Shown piece after piece: positions 48,790-59,733 of a stretch of 64,000 nt of DNA (positions within the stretch are counted from its first letter, which is position 1; each line of letters begins with the position of its first letter). The notes under the pieces were generated by a model. That model searched no databases, was not told the origin of the DNA, and saw only the letters and a list, made by a program, of their open reading frames with translations. Source of the stretch: Chlorobiota bacterium (GTDB lineage Bacteria > Bacteroidota > Bacteroidia > Bacteroidales > VadinHA17); the NCBI GenBank assembly GCA_013152085.1, contig JAADHC010000022.1, positions 64,345 to 128,344 on the forward strand, read 5' to 3'. The position numbers and the translations under genes were made by a program.

Positions 48790-51700
48790 TTACTGAATAA
48801 TCATTCTTGCTTTCCATAGCTGGCGCGAAGAGGTAACCGTTAATATGTATAACCCAGGTGACAGGTTTGCAGGTTGCAAATGTATATTCTCGCCGGGAAT
48901 GATGTTCGAAACGGCTTTTTCCAGGAGTATCTGTCCCGTGGAAGAATAGATTCGGATGATTCCCCTGTTTCCCACAGGTGAATTGAAATGCAGCGTAAAA
49001 CTTCCGTTATTCGGATTGGGATAAATATCAATTTCCCTGCCGGTATTTTCGGTTTCTGCATCGTTTACTCCAAGAGGCGAGTCATAAAGATCCAGATAAA
49101 ATGTCCCTTCACTGTTTCCCCCACTGCCATCAACCTGTACCCAGTATGTTTTACCTTCCGTAAGTCCGCTGATTTCGGTAATGGCAGCGGCAAAACTCAT
49201 TGATGCATCATGGTAATCATCGTTAGCTGCCAGCAATGTATATGCACCACTTAACAAACTGTCGGCATTATCCGCCTCATAAACGGCTATTTGTTCATCA
49301 AATCCCCGTGAATCAATCGAGACAATTCCACCGGCAGGTCCTGAAAAAGTAAACCAAACCGAATTTCCCAGATAATCCTTTCCTGTATTAAACTCGTCAC
49401 ACCAGGTACTTTGTGTATTGCAATCCCCTGCAGGAGGCATCGGTTCATTCACTTCCACCGATGCCCCGTTATTGATAAATGGTCCGTTTGTGCCGGTTTG
49501 CAGGGACAGGGCATAGCGGATAAAATCATTCGGATAGACATCTATCCGGATGGAATCTTCATCCTGGCAGTTTCCTTCTGCGGCAGAGATATAATAAGTA
49601 ATCGAGCTGTCAGGAGAGGCAAATACTACAGAACCTGAAGTGGTATCCAGTCCGGTGGCCGGCGACCAGGTATAGGTTTCTGCCCCTGAGGATACGAGCT
49701 GTGCGGTATCTCCTCTCCAGAAATAAGTATCAAAATCAGTGGCTATGGAGATATCCAATGATAAAACAGACTTAACATACCCGATACGGGTCAGCGTATC
49801 TGTATTTCCGTTTTTGTAAACAATGAGCGTAATGTCATGCTTTCCGGACAGGTTAAAGTCAACCAAAACCGTATCGCTGTTTAAAACACTTTCCGGAGTG
49901 GCATTTGCTCCGAAGATCCAACGCATACTGTCCCGCACTTCGGAACCATGATAGAAAAACCGGAATGGGCTTCCCAGACAATGGGAGAGCTTATCAACGG
50001 AGAAATCCGCATAAGCGCTGGTGTCGGGAGGATAGATCAACGGACTTTCCCATAATCCCCGGCCATAGGTTGCTGCCCGGATGACACTGTCAGGATAAAA
50101 GATTTCCAGCTCATTGACGATAACATTGGGTAAACCGTTACCGAAGTCTTTCCACCGGTCCATACTTTTGGTACGGTAATATACCCCAAGGTCAGTACCG
50201 GCATATAACGTTCCTTTGCTGTTGTTCTGATATACAAGGCAGTTGACCGGGATATTAGGCAACCCTAGTGAATAATTTGTCCACGTATTTCCACCATCTT
50301 CGGAATAATACACTTTATCCCCGATCGAATAGTTGGAAAGCGCTGCCCATACGGTATGCGGATCATACTGATGTATGGCAAAATAACGAACCGTGCCAGT
50401 GCCCAGGCCATTTTGGATATTTACCCATGTTTTTCCATGGTCGTCACTGCGCCAACTGTTGCTGCCGGTGGTAGCATAGATAACATCGGTATTAAAGGAA
50501 GATATGGCTATTTGCCTGAAATTGTTACCCTGACCCAGATTAGAAGTGATCGCTGTCCAGCTTTTCCCCTGATTAAATGTTTCATAAATTTCTTCATACC
50601 CGGCCAACAAGGATTTATGATTGTCCGGATTGATAATATAAGGCGTAATCCAGCCTCCTTTGCCTGCACCATTGGGTTTAATGGAGTGAAAAGTAAACCC
50701 GCCATCTGTAGAGCGCTGTATTTTCCCGTATTGTGAACTGACATACAGGGTGTTGGTGTCTGTATAATCCACAATACATTCCATACCGTCGCCTCCGATA
50801 ACCACATACCAGTTTGTGTCTGTAGCCATGATCGAGCTGTTATCCTGGCTGCCCATCAGGGTGAGGGAGCGTTTCTGTGGTGATATTCCGATACGGTATA
50901 TCTGTAAAACGCCCAGGTTGCTGCTTATGTCAGTCCAGGTTTCACCCTTGTCATAACTGCGGTATATACCGCCGTCATTGCCCGAGTAAAGAGCACCGGT
51001 AGCCGGATGAAATTTCAGGATATGTTGATCTACATGTACATAAGGGGCAGAACTGACTCCCCATTCCGGATAACCGAAAGAGGCAAGTTGCCAGCTGCCT
51101 CCGCCATTTATGGATTTCCAGATGTTAATGCCGCCGGTAAAAAACTCCGTATAACTGTCCGGCGACATGGTTATCGTAAGATCATACCATCCCTGGCCTC
51201 CGGTTCCTGTGCCATCCGGTTCGGTAGCCAGCAGGTTTTTTGTATTTCCGGATAAAAGGGATGTCCACGATACAGCGGCATTGAATGACCGGTAAATAGC
51301 CTGTAATCCACTGGATTCCTTGTCAGAGCAAATTGCCATGACCATATCAGGACGGGCAGGTGTGACCGTGAGATCAATACGCCGGATACTGGTGGTGTTC
51401 ATCCCGGAACTGCTTTCCGTAAAAGTTTTACCCCCATCGGTCGATTTATAAACGGATGCACCACCATACTGATAGCTTGCCGCATAAACGATCTCCGGAT
51501 CATCCGGTTTAAATTCCATGTCCTTAATATGTTTGCCCAAAACATTGGAAGCAAAGGTTACTCCGTTGGTGATAAAATACAAACCGTTGTTGGTTCCGGC
51601 AAGGAGGGTATCCGGATGATTGGGATTGATCAACAGTCTGTTAACGACATATTTGTCTGATTGCTGAAAGTTAAAACCGGTGTTTTGCCAGGTTGTCCCC

Positions 51701-52332
51701 CCATCATAGGATGCAAGGATACCAGCTGCATAAATATCACCGGCATCACGATCTCCGGTTGCAACATATATCGTATCCGGGTGCCTGGGATGAATAGCTA
51801 TATCCGCAATACCGAGACTCGGCAGGTTGTCTGTCAACGGGATCCATGTTGCCCCGTCATCTGTAGTCTTCCATAAGCCTCCGGTTGGTGAACCTATATA
51901 AAAAGTAGATGTGTCGGTGGGATCAAATGCAATGCAGTCGATCCGGCCTGCGCCGACGATCTGGCCGGTTCCCAAATCGGTAGGAGGTGATTGTGGTCCG
52001 AGAAAATACCAGTTGCCCGGAATGCTTTTCCCCTGTGAATATTCCTGTTTTGCCAGGTATTCCTGCCATAGAATATCCGCACCGATTCTCCCGTCAGCCT
52101 GTATCCGTTCCCCTACCATCCAGGCCCATCGCATAAACGGTTTATAGCCACTGCCGTGACCGGGTTCTTTGTCTTTCCAGTAAGTATCAAAAGCTTTTAC
52201 CAGGGCATCGTATTCTTCCTTGGGATTTGTAGACTTCCCCGGTGAATAATATTTTAACCAGGGCTGTGCCGTGATGTTTAACGAAGTCAGAAATATAACC
52301 AGCATGTATATGATCCGTCTCATAATTTGCAT
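48790..52332 (-). CDS. BNR/Asp-box repeat (sortilin/VPS10- or GH74-like) secreted protein with a T9SS C-terminal sorting domain
   Basis: 1180 aa. At least 8 Asp-box motifs (TDDGATW, YDGGTTW, TDGGKTF, INGGGSW, YDKGETW, TDGGFTF, DDHGKTW, EDGGNTW). C-terminus IDIYPNPNNGSFTLHF...GLYILTV is a type A T9SS CTD. Confidence 0.8.
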   Translation of the reverse strand: MQIMRRIIYMLVIFLTSLNITAQPWLKYYSPGKSTNPKEEYDALVKAFDTYWKDKEPGHGSGYKPFMRWAWMVGERIQADGRIGADILWQEYLAKQEYSQGKSIPGNWYFLGPQSPPTDLGTGQIVGAGRIDCIAFDPTDTSTFYIGSPTGGLWKTTDDGATWIPLTDNLPSLGIADIAIHPRHPDTIYVATGDRDAGDIYAAGILASYDGGTTWQNTGFNFQQSDKYVVNRLLINPNHPDTLLAGTNNGLYFITNGVTFASNVLGKHIKDMEFKPDDPEIVYAASYQYGGASVYKSTDGGKTFTESSSGMNTTSIRRIDLTVTPARPDMVMAICSDKESSGLQAIYRSFNAAVSWTSLLSGNTKNLLATEPDGTGTGGQGWYDLTITMSPDSYTEFFTGGINIWKSINGGGSWQLASFGYPEWGVSSAPYVHVDQHILKFHPATGALYSGNDGGIYRSYDKGETWTDISSNLGVLQIYRIGISPQKRSLTLMGSQDNSSIMATDTNWYVVIGGDGMECIVDYTDTNTLYVSSQYGKIQRSTDGGFTFHSIKPNGAGKGGWITPYIINPDNHKSLLAGYEEIYETFNQGKSWTAITSNLGQGNNFRQIAISSFNTDVIYATTGSNSWRSDDHGKTWVNIQNGLGTGTVRYFAIHQYDPHTVWAALSNYSIGDKVYYSEDGGNTWTNYSLGLPNIPVNCLVYQNNSKGTLYAGTDLGVYYRTKSMDRWKDFGNGLPNVIVNELEIFYPDSVIRAATYGRGLWESPLIYPPDTSAYADFSVDKLSHCLGSPFRFFYHGSEVRDSMRWIFGANATPESVLNSDTVLVDFNLSGKHDITLIVYKNGNTDTLTRIGYVKSVLSLDISIATDFDTYFWRGDTAQLVSSGAETYTWSPATGLDTTSGSVVFASPDSSITYYISAAEGNCQDEDSIRIDVYPNDFIRYALSLQTGTNGPFINNGASVEVNEPMPPAGDCNTQSTWCDEFNTGKDYLGNSVWFTFSGPAGGIVSIDSRGFDEQIAVYEADNADSLLSGAYTLLAANDDYHDASMSFAAAITEISGLTEGKTYWVQVDGSGGNSEGTFYLDLYDSPLGVNDAETENTGREIDIYPNPNNGSFTLHFNSPVGNRGIIRIYSSTGQILLEKAVSNIIPGENIHLQPANLSPGLYILTVTSSRQLWKARMIIQ

Positions 52333-52364
52333 GTTTCCGTATTAACTTTTATCCGGTTCCTGTA

Positions 52365-52372
52365 CAAAGCTA
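52365..52372 (-). promoter_or_regulatory. -7 promoter box TAGCTTTG (minus strand)
   Basis: Plus-strand CAAAGCTA is the reverse complement of TAGCTTTG, 33 nt upstream of ATG 52332. Confidence 0.4.
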
Positions 52373-52593
52373 CCAATATTTTTTCGAGGTATAAAAAACC
52401 CGGATGGATAACATTAAACTATTTTATGGTTCCGGTTTCTTCCGGTGGCAATGTATAAAAATTCATGATCAACATGAAATTGGTATCCTATTTGTTAGAC
52501 TGTGAATTCATATCCTTCCGTCAGAGATGAATGATCTTAATGACCCGAAGGTTTTATGTGATATTGGCAGAGATAAAAATCGTTTGAAAAGCT

Positions 52594-52601
52594 TAACTTT
52601 G
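52594..52601 (+). promoter_or_regulatory. -7 promoter box TAACTTTG for secA
   Basis: Exact TAnnTTTG match 73 nt upstream of ATG 52674. Confidence 0.35.
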
Positions 52602-52673
52602 TATGCTTATTTTAAATCCTATAAGTGACAATCCCTCCGGAATGCGCGGAGAGAAGAATAAAGAGATTGAAAG

Positions 52674-55600
52674 ATGAATGTACTCAATACTGTATTGGAA
52701 AAGGTTTTCGGCAGCAAATCAGAACATGATATCCGTGATGTGCAACCGATGGTTGAAAAGATCAAAGCCGAATATGAAAAATTGCAGTACCTGACACATG
52801 ATGAACTGAGAGAAAAATCTGCTGCATTGCGACAACTTGTCAGGGAGCAAGTCGCTGAAGAGGAGAAAGAGGCCGATGCTTTAAAAGCAAAGGCTGAATC
52901 CGATGAAACACCTGTAGCAGAGAAAGAAGATCTCTATACACGCATTGATAAAGCCACCAAACACCTGGATGAAAAAATTGAGAAGATTCTGGAGGCAGTT
53001 CTTCCCGAAGCTTTTGCTATCGTAAAGGATACTGCCAGGAGATTTTATGAGAATGAGACAATTACGGTAACGGCAACCGACTTTGACCGTAATCTTGCCG
53101 TACGTAAGGATTTTGTCGAAGTACAGGGAGATAAGGCTGTTTATAAGAATCACTGGATGGCCGGTGGGAATGAGATCACCTGGGATATGATCCATTATGA
53201 TGTTCAGCTTATCGGTGGCGTGGTACTGCATCAGGGTAAGATTGCCGAAATGGCCACGGGTGAAGGAAAAACACTGGCAGCTACCCTGCCTATATTTCTT
53301 AATGCCCTTGCCGGCAAAGGCGTTCATCTGGTAACGGTAAATGATTACCTGGCCCGCAGGGACTCCGAATGGATGGGCCCGATTTATGAATTTCATGGCC
53401 TTTCCATCGATTGTATCGATAACCACCAGCCCAATTCTCAGGAGCGAAGAAACGCTTATAATGCTGATATTACCTACGGAACAAATAACGAATTCGGATT
53501 TGATTATTTGCGTGATAATATGGCCATTAATCCCGAAGACCTGGTACAGCGTAAACATCATTATGCTATCGTTGATGAGGTTGACTCTGTGCTGATCGAT
53601 GATGCCCGTACCCCGCTGATCATCTCGGGCCCGACAGCCAAAAGTGATACCAGCCAGTTTGATGACCTGAAACCCAAAGTGGTCAAACTGGTCGAAGCTC
53701 AGAAAAAACTGATTAATCAGATTCTGATAGATGCCAGAAAGGCCCTTCAGGAAGATGACCGGGATAAGGCCGGGCTGATGTTATTACGGGCGCATAAAGG
53801 ATTGCCCAAAACAAAAGCTTTGATTAAACTTTTGAGCGAGGAGGGGAACAAATCATTGATGCATAAAACAGAAAACTTTTACATGCAGAACAACAGTAAA
53901 GACATGTATAAAGTAACGGACGAACTCTATTTTATCATCGATGAAAAGCAGAATACCATCGAACTGACCGACAAAGGACTGGACCTGATATCCACTTCGT
54001 CTGAAGATGCTTCCTTTTTTGTCCTTCCGGATGTCGGTAGTGAAATCGCTGATATTGAAAAATCCTCCCTTGAGCCTAAAGAAAAACTCCGTGCCAAGGA
54101 TAAACTGCTGCAGGATTATGCGGTTAAGTCCGAAAGAGTGCATACCATGAATCAATTGCTTAAAGCCTATACGCTTTTTGAAAAAGATGTCGAATATATT
54201 GTTATCGACAATAAAGTAAAGATTGTGGATGAACAGACCGGAAGGATCATGGAAGGCAGGCGATATTCCGAAGGTCTCCACCAGGCTATCGAAGCCAAGG
54301 AAAACGTAAAAATTGAGGGGGCAACCCAGACATTTGCGACCATTACCCTGCAAAACTATTTCCGCATGTATCATAAGCTGGCAGGGATGACGGGAACGGC
54401 TGAAACCGAAGCCGGCGAGTTCTGGAATATTTATAAACTTGATGTAATTGTCATTCCGACCAATGTCCCGATAATCCGGCAGGACTTTGAAGATTTGGTT
54501 TATAAGACCAAGCGTGAGAAATATAATGCCGTGATTGAGGAAATTACAAACCTGGAGAAGGCCGGACGACCTGTACTGGTTGGAACCACATCGGTGGAGA
54601 TTTCCGAATTACTCAGCCGGATGCTGAAAATCCGCGGACTGAAACATAATGTTCTCAATGCGAAAATGCACCAGCGTGAGGCTGAAATCATAGCTCAGGC
54701 AGGTCATAAAGGGATGATTACCATTGCAACCAATATGGCCGGCAGGGGGACGGATATCAAACTAACCGATGAAGTAAAACAGGCAGGTGGCCTTGCCATT
54801 ATCGGTACCGAACGACATGAGTCCCGGAGGGTTGACCGCCAGCTCAGGGGACGTGCCGGCCGTCAGGGAGACCCGGGAACATCACAGTTTTATGTCTCCC
54901 TCGAAGATAACCTCATGCGACTCTTCGGATCGGAAAGAATTGCCGGATTGATGGACCGCCTGGGTCTTAAGGAAGGAGAGGTAATCCAACATCCGATGAT
55001 CTCCAAATCCATTGAGCGGGCTCAGAAAAAAGTTGAAGAGAATAACTTCGGCATCCGTAAACGGCTGCTTGAATATGATGACGTGATGAACTCACAGCGT
55101 GAGGTGATTTACAAAAACCGCCGTCATGCCCTCTTTGGAGAAAGACTCGATGTGGATATTGCCAATATGATGTGGGATGTTACCGAATCACTGGTTCAAC
55201 AGTATCATGATGCAGGTGACTTTGAGGGATTTAACTTTGAGCTTATCCGTACTTTCTCTATTGAATCACCGGTATCTGCAGAAGAGTTTTTGAAAATGAG
55301 TGCAGGTGAGATTATCGAAGCGCTGAATAAACTGGTTATTGAAACCTACCGGAGAAAAGAAGAAACTATTGCCCGTCAGGCTTATCCGGTTATCAAGGAT
55401 GTTTATGAAAAACAATCTCATGTCTATGAAAACATTGTCGTACCTATAACCGACGGTGTAAAAACTTTCCAGGTAATTACCAATCTTAAAAAAGCATCCG
55501 AAACAGAGGGACGCGAACTGGTAAAATCCTATGAGAAATCGGTTATCCTGATGACAATTGATGAAGCATGGAAAGAACACCTTCGCGAGATGGATGATCT

Positions 55601-56006
55601 GAAACAGTCGGTACAAAATGCAACTTATGAACAAAAGGACCCGCTGCTGATCTACAAATTTGAGTCTTTCGAATTGTTCAGCCAAATGATTATCCGGATT
55701 AATCGTGATGTGATCGCAACGCTGATGAAAGGTCAGATACCTATACAGGATGCCAGCGATGTACAGGAAGCACGGCAACGCAAACGGTTGGATATGAGCA
55801 GGATGCAGACTTCCAAGACGGATATTCCCTCATATTCCGGGTCGGATACAACAGCCGATACCCGCGAATCAAAACCCCAACCCGTACGTACGGGTAAGAA
55901 AATCGGCCGGAATGATCCCTGCCCCTGTGGCAGTGGCAAGAAATATAAAAATTGTCATGGACGGCCCGGTTCTCCGCCGCTGAATATTGATCAGTTACCC
56001 GCCTGA
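52674..56006 (+). CDS. secA: Preprotein translocase ATPase SecA
   Basis: 1110 aa. MATGEGKTL Walker [31 protein letters not shown]-terminal zinc finger [14 protein letters not shown]. Confidence 0.97.
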   Translation: MNVLNTVLEKVFGSKSEHDIRDVQPMVEKIKAEYEKLQYLTHDELREKSAALRQLVREQVAEEEKEADALKAKAESDETPVAEKEDLYTRIDKATKHLDEKIEKILEAVLPEAFAIVKDTARRFYENETITVTATDFDRNLAVRKDFVEVQGDKAVYKNHWMAGGNEITWDMIHYDVQLIGGVVLHQGKIAEMATGEGKTLAATLPIFLNALAGKGVHLVTVNDYLARRDSEWMGPIYEFHGLSIDCIDNHQPNSQERRNAYNADITYGTNNEFGFDYLRDNMAINPEDLVQRKHHYAIVDEVDSVLIDDARTPLIISGPTAKSDTSQFDDLKPKVVKLVEAQKKLINQILIDARKALQEDDRDKAGLMLLRAHKGLPKTKALIKLLSEEGNKSLMHKTENFYMQNNSKDMYKVTDELYFIIDEKQNTIELTDKGLDLISTSSEDASFFVLPDVGSEIADIEKSSLEPKEKLRAKDKLLQDYAVKSERVHTMNQLLKAYTLFEKDVEYIVIDNKVKIVDEQTGRIMEGRRYSEGLHQAIEAKENVKIEGATQTFATITLQNYFRMYHKLAGMTGTAETEAGEFWNIYKLDVIVIPTNVPIIRQDFEDLVYKTKREKYNAVIEEITNLEKAGRPVLVGTTSVEISELLSRMLKIRGLKHNVLNAKMHQREAEIIAQAGHKGMITIATNMAGRGTDIKLTDEVKQAGGLAIIGTERHESRRVDRQLRGRAGRQGDPGTSQFYVSLEDNLMRLFGSERIAGLMDRLGLKEGEVIQHPMISKSIERAQKKVEENNFGIRKRLLEYDDVMNSQREVIYKNRRHALFGERLDVDIANMMWDVTESLVQQYHDAGDFEGFNFELIRTFSIESPVSAEEFLKMSAGEIIEALNKLVIETYRRKEETIARQAYPVIKDVYEKQSHVYENIVVPITDGVKTFQVITNLKKASETEGRELVKSYEKSVILMTIDEAWKEHLREMDDLKQSVQNATYEQKDPLLIYKFESFELFSQMIIRINRDVIATLMKGQIPIQDASDVQEARQRKRLDMSRMQTSKTDIPSYSGSDTTADTRESKPQPVRTGKKIGRNDPCPCGSGKKYKNCHGRPGSPPLNIDQLPA

Positions 56007-56060
56007 TTGTTGATGGCTCCCTGAAAAGAACGATGATAATGTGCCAGGTAACCGGCGATC

Positions 56061-56282
56061 TCAAGTGACCTGATCCGGCTTGTCCAGTTCTTTGCCGATA
56101 ACGGAGACAATAAACAGGATGACAGCAGAAGCAGCAAAAATGACCAGCAACGATGCCAGTATTTTACGAAGTACTTCATCCACATCTATGACATCCCAGA
56201 TACCCAGGATGGCAATAACGGTAAAAAGCAATACCAGGGAGATAAGAAACCAGGTGACAATTTTTTTCAGCGTTCTTTGCAT
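56061..56282 (-). CDS. Small two-TM membrane protein, hypothetical
   Basis: 73 aa with two clear hydrophobic helices. ATG start 12 nt after the ABC ATPase stop on the same strand. Confidence 0.5.
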   Translation of the reverse strand: MQRTLKKIVTWFLISLVLLFTVIAILGIWDVIDVDEVLRKILASLLVIFAASAVILFIVSVIGKELDKPDQVT

Positions 56283-56294
56283 AATCGTTGATTT

Positions 56295-57287
56295 TTAGTG
56301 ATTGGTTTTCAGGAATAAAATTAACGCATAAACCGATGAAAATCGTATTTTCCGGTCATTTTTTTCCAAAACAATTTCATTTTTCGAGCAAAAGATATGT
56401 GCGAAAGGATGTTGCTGCACTTCTGTTATGATCCCAAAACCTGCCCTTTTCAGCGCTCTTTTAATCCACTGACACTGACTTGAATCCCCGGTGATCACCA
56501 AATATTTTTCCGGTTCAGGTTGGGGAAACATAAGCCCTTTTTCCGGATGAAATGTGATCCCGGAGTGTCGAAACAGCTTATCCAGTATCCCTCCGGAAAT
56601 AATATCTTCGGGTGCCCCTTCAAAAAATTCGCCGGGAAGCAGCATCCATATTTTATCAGTCATATCCGATACAAATTCAAGATCGTGGGATGCAAAAAGA
56701 AACAAACGATGCTGTGAAACTGCGATTTGCCTGAGTAGCCGGTAAATCTCAAAGCGGTTCGGAATATCCAGAAAAGCCGTCGGTTCGTCCAGGATGACAA
56801 GGGGGGTTCCCTGTGCCAGTGCCCGTGCAATCCAGGTACGTTGCTTTTCGCCATCCGAGAGTTCATCAATAAATCTTAACCTCAGATCTTGCAGGTTTAA
56901 TGAATAAATGGCCTCTTCCACAATCCGGATATCTTCCGGAGAAAGTTTTCCAAACCACCCGGTATGTGGGTAACGTGCCAGCGTAATGATTTCTTCTACC
57001 GTGAGACGGGCAACGGGAATTTTCCCTGCCGGAACAAAACTGCAAAACCGGGCAAAATCACGGGTGCTGAAACCGGAAGTATTACGGCCGTCAATGTCAA
57101 TAGTGCCTCCAAGAGCCGGCTGCAAACGCATAATGGTCCGTAACAGCGTGCTTTTTCCAATCCCGTTTGGTCCGACGATTGCTGTAAGTTCACCTTCGCG
57201 TGCGGATAAATCCAGGCCGGATGCCAATATCCGTCGCTGCCCTTGCGTCGTGATAAACCCTGTATCAAGTTGTTTTAATGTAAGCAT
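56295..57287 (-). CDS. ABC transporter ATP-binding protein (FecE/BtuD type) with a ~80-aa C-terminal extension
   Basis: 330 aa. Walker A GPNGIGKST, signature LSDGEKQR, Walker B LVILDEPT, H-loop ASHDLEF. An extra C-terminal domain follows about aa 250. Confidence 0.9.
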   Translation of the reverse strand: MLTLKQLDTGFITTQGQRRILASGLDLSAREGELTAIVGPNGIGKSTLLRTIMRLQPALGGTIDIDGRNTSGFSTRDFARFCSFVPAGKIPVARLTVEEIITLARYPHTGWFGKLSPEDIRIVEEAIYSLNLQDLRLRFIDELSDGEKQRTWIARALAQGTPLVILDEPTAFLDIPNRFEIYRLLRQIAVSQHRLFLFASHDLEFVSDMTDKIWMLLPGEFFEGAPEDIISGGILDKLFRHSGITFHPEKGLMFPQPEPEKYLVITGDSSQCQWIKRALKRAGFGIITEVQQHPFAHIFCSKNEIVLEKNDRKIRFSSVYALILFLKTNH

Positions 57288-57508
57288 CCTGAAATCATTA
57301 TATTACCTGATTCTGACCTATGCATTTCATGTTAAACACAGTTATGCGGCTCTTTGGAGTAGTACACCATGGTGTTCCACTGGTGACCTGGAGTCCCGGT
57401 GGCATGCAAATCATCCTTAATCACCATAAAGGCACTAAGGCACAGGGAATTCACAAAGGAATAAAACATATATGTCCGTATACAGGTTACCATATTATTA
57501 AAATCAGG

Positions 57509-58552
57509 TTACATAAGTGCCGAAAGTTTCCGGTTCCGTAAAATCATCCACATAATGACCGGAACGCCCAGAACAGCGGTTACCGCATTGATGGGAAGTA
57601 CAGCTGCTTTGCCCGGGATATGGGAAACCAGGTCTCCGGCCAGCAGGATTACGGCGCCAAGAACAATGGTTCCGGGAAATAAACGACCCACATGCGAAGT
57701 GTTGAACATCATCCGGGCAATGTGCGGTACAATAATTCCAATAAATCCTATGGGACCGCAATATGCCGTTACCGCTCCGACAAGCAGGCCGGTAACCAGA
57801 AAAATAACGGCTCTGTTCAGGTATAGGTTCATGCCCATGCTGACTGCCATTTCTTCTCCAAGCATCAGGATATTCAGGTTTTTCAGCATCATTGCCGTGA
57901 CCAGCAATCCCAGGATTACCATTACAGCAAGAAGATAAACCTGCTGGTTTGTGGTAGACGAAAGACTGCCCATTGTCCAGATGATAAATGCCTTAAGCAT
58001 TGATTCGTTGCTGAAATATTGAAGAATGGCCACCAGTGCCGTTACCGCACTGCCAAACATCACCCCAAGGATCAGAATGGTCATAATATCTTTTACCCTT
58101 GCGGAAACAATGAGCAATAATAATAATACCAGAATAGAGCCGGTGGCTGCTGCCAGTAACATGGCACTGTTACCGGGGAGGCTGATTTTGTTAAATGCGA
58201 ACAAGGAGGAAAATCCAAGTACCACCAGGGCAACGCCAAGACTTGCTCCGGCACTGATTCCTAATACATAGGGACCGGCCAGCGGATTCCGGAAAACGGT
58301 TTGCATCAATAACCCGCTTACCGACAAAGCCATTCCGGCAAATACGGCGGTCATGACACGTGGTAAACGAAACTGCCTGATAATCGTTGCTGCCGTATCG
58401 TCTGCAGGGAAAGTTGCGGTTAGACTGTTCCATACCTCACCTGCCGATAAACGTACCGAACCCATGAGCAGATCACCCAGGATGAGCAGGATCAGTAAAG
58501 TAATGATAACCGGCCAGATGATCCGTCTTATGCTGTCTTCAGGTGAACTCAT
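57509..58552 (-). CDS. FecCD/BtuC family ABC transporter permease (iron-complex or corrinoid type)
   Basis: About 347 aa, around 9-10 TM helices, with LPRVMTAVFAGMALSVSGLLMQ and NPLAGPYVLGISAGASLG motifs. The tracked start 58639 is TTG and overlaps the upstream gene by 65 nt. ATG 58550-58552 leaves a 22-nt gap. Confidence 0.85.
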   Translation of the reverse strand: MSSPEDSIRRIIWPVIITLLILLILGDLLMGSVRLSAGEVWNSLTATFPADDTAATIIRQFRLPRVMTAVFAGMALSVSGLLMQTVFRNPLAGPYVLGISAGASLGVALVVLGFSSLFAFNKISLPGNSAMLLAAATGSILVLLLLLIVSARVKDIMTILILGVMFGSAVTALVAILQYFSNESMLKAFIIWTMGSLSSTTNQQVYLLAVMVILGLLVTAMMLKNLNILMLGEEMAVSMGMNLYLNRAVIFLVTGLLVGAVTAYCGPIGFIGIIVPHIARMMFNTSHVGRLFPGTIVLGAVILLAGDLVSHIPGKAAVLPINAVTAVLGVPVIMWMILRNRKLSALM

Positions 58553-58574
58553 TTCCTTTGGCTTATCAGAAATA

Positions 58575-59732
58575 TTACGGTAGTTTACGGTAGTAATACA
58601 AGGTATGTCCGGGAAAGATGTCAGGATGGAATATCGCAATAAGGTCGGAGAGAATCCTGTCCGGGCTGGTTACACCGGATTCCCAGTAATCATTTCCACC
58701 ACGTGATGTTACCCGCTTATCGTTATTAAAAACCATTCCCGTTTTCACCGGTCTGAACATTCCAAGCCGGGAGTCCATTGCTTTGATCTCCTCCAGTGAT
58801 TTAGCTGAACCTGCATTGACCCAGATATCTGCATTCTTACCAATCTTATATACTTGTTCAATGTCCATCGGGATCGCTTCGGAGCTTTTAAGCGAGGAAA
58901 AAATATAACGTCCTCCGGCGTCCCGCAAAGTATTGGACAACAGGGAACCCTGTCCGGATACATACCATACTTCGTTCCAGGGTAGCCCCGCCATTACCTT
59001 TGGCTGATGATCCTGCGGGACACTGCTTAACAGGCGATTATATACGTACGATATGGAATCAAAATAATGTGCTCCACGTTCATCTTCATCAAAAAAAGCG
59101 GCAAAAAACCTGATCCATTCGGCTCTTGCCAGAAGTGAGGGTTCGAGATAGTCTCCCACCACGACAACCGGAATGCCTAAGCGCTGAATTCTCTCTATAA
59201 CTCCGGAAACCTGTTTATCCACACCATACATAAAAATAATGTCCGGTTGTAAAGCCACAATCTTTTCATAATCTATTTGCCGGTCATAACCGATATCTTC
59301 TATCGTTCCCTTGATGATATTTTCTAAAACCGTACTGTCCGAGATCAGTGTTTTTCCCGAGATTCCCACTATATGATCTGTCTTACCCAATGCTTTAAGA
59401 AAGGCAATATGTGTTGTTGAAGTACAGATGACACGCCGGACAGGGATCCGGATATCATCTCCCGGTTTCCATCCCTGGTGTTCCGCGGGCAGGTTCCGGT
59501 CGAGAATATACGTGAATTGCGGTTTCTCTGATCCCTGCCACGGATTGGTAACCGTTAAGTCAAACCCTTTTTCTGTGATTATCTCCCTAAACCCTGTTTC
59601 AGCAGCATGTACTATTTGTTGACTCCGTGTCGTATCCACCGGGTCTGATATTTTCCGGTGACAACCAGACAACAGGAGAGAGCATACCATTCCTGTGTGT
59701 ACCAACAGGCGGACATTTGAAAATGATAACAT
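58575..59732 (-). CDS. ABC transporter substrate-binding lipoprotein (BtuF/FhuD-like, Peripla_BP_2)
   Basis: 385 aa. Lipobox LLLSGC. RVICTSTTHIAFLKALG and IVALQPDIIFMYG motifs typical of class III binding proteins. Confidence 0.8.
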   Translation of the reverse strand: MLSFSNVRLLVHTGMVCSLLLSGCHRKISDPVDTTRSQQIVHAAETGFREIITEKGFDLTVTNPWQGSEKPQFTYILDRNLPAEHQGWKPGDDIRIPVRRVICTSTTHIAFLKALGKTDHIVGISGKTLISDSTVLENIIKGTIEDIGYDRQIDYEKIVALQPDIIFMYGVDKQVSGVIERIQRLGIPVVVVGDYLEPSLLARAEWIRFFAAFFDEDERGAHYFDSISYVYNRLLSSVPQDHQPKVMAGLPWNEVWYVSGQGSLLSNTLRDAGGRYIFSSLKSSEAIPMDIEQVYKIGKNADIWVNAGSAKSLEEIKAMDSRLGMFRPVKTGMVFNNDKRVTSRGGNDYWESGVTSPDRILSDLIAIFHPDIFPGHTLYYYRKLP

Positions 59733-59733
59733 G

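Noticed and set aside
52881-55778. Three long minus-strand ORFs (226, 173 and 170 aa) inside secA
   Set aside because: Antisense to an unambiguous SecA reading frame. Shadow ORFs.
57288-57508. Possible cobalamin riboswitch in the permease/ATPase spacer (GCCACCGGG and UGUGAAUUCC resemble the B12 box and core)
   Set aside because: I could not find the GGGAA / GGUG..AA.UCC / GCCACUG arrangement in the correct order and spacing. An internal position is also atypical. It stays as an unexplained spacer until a covariance-model scan is run.
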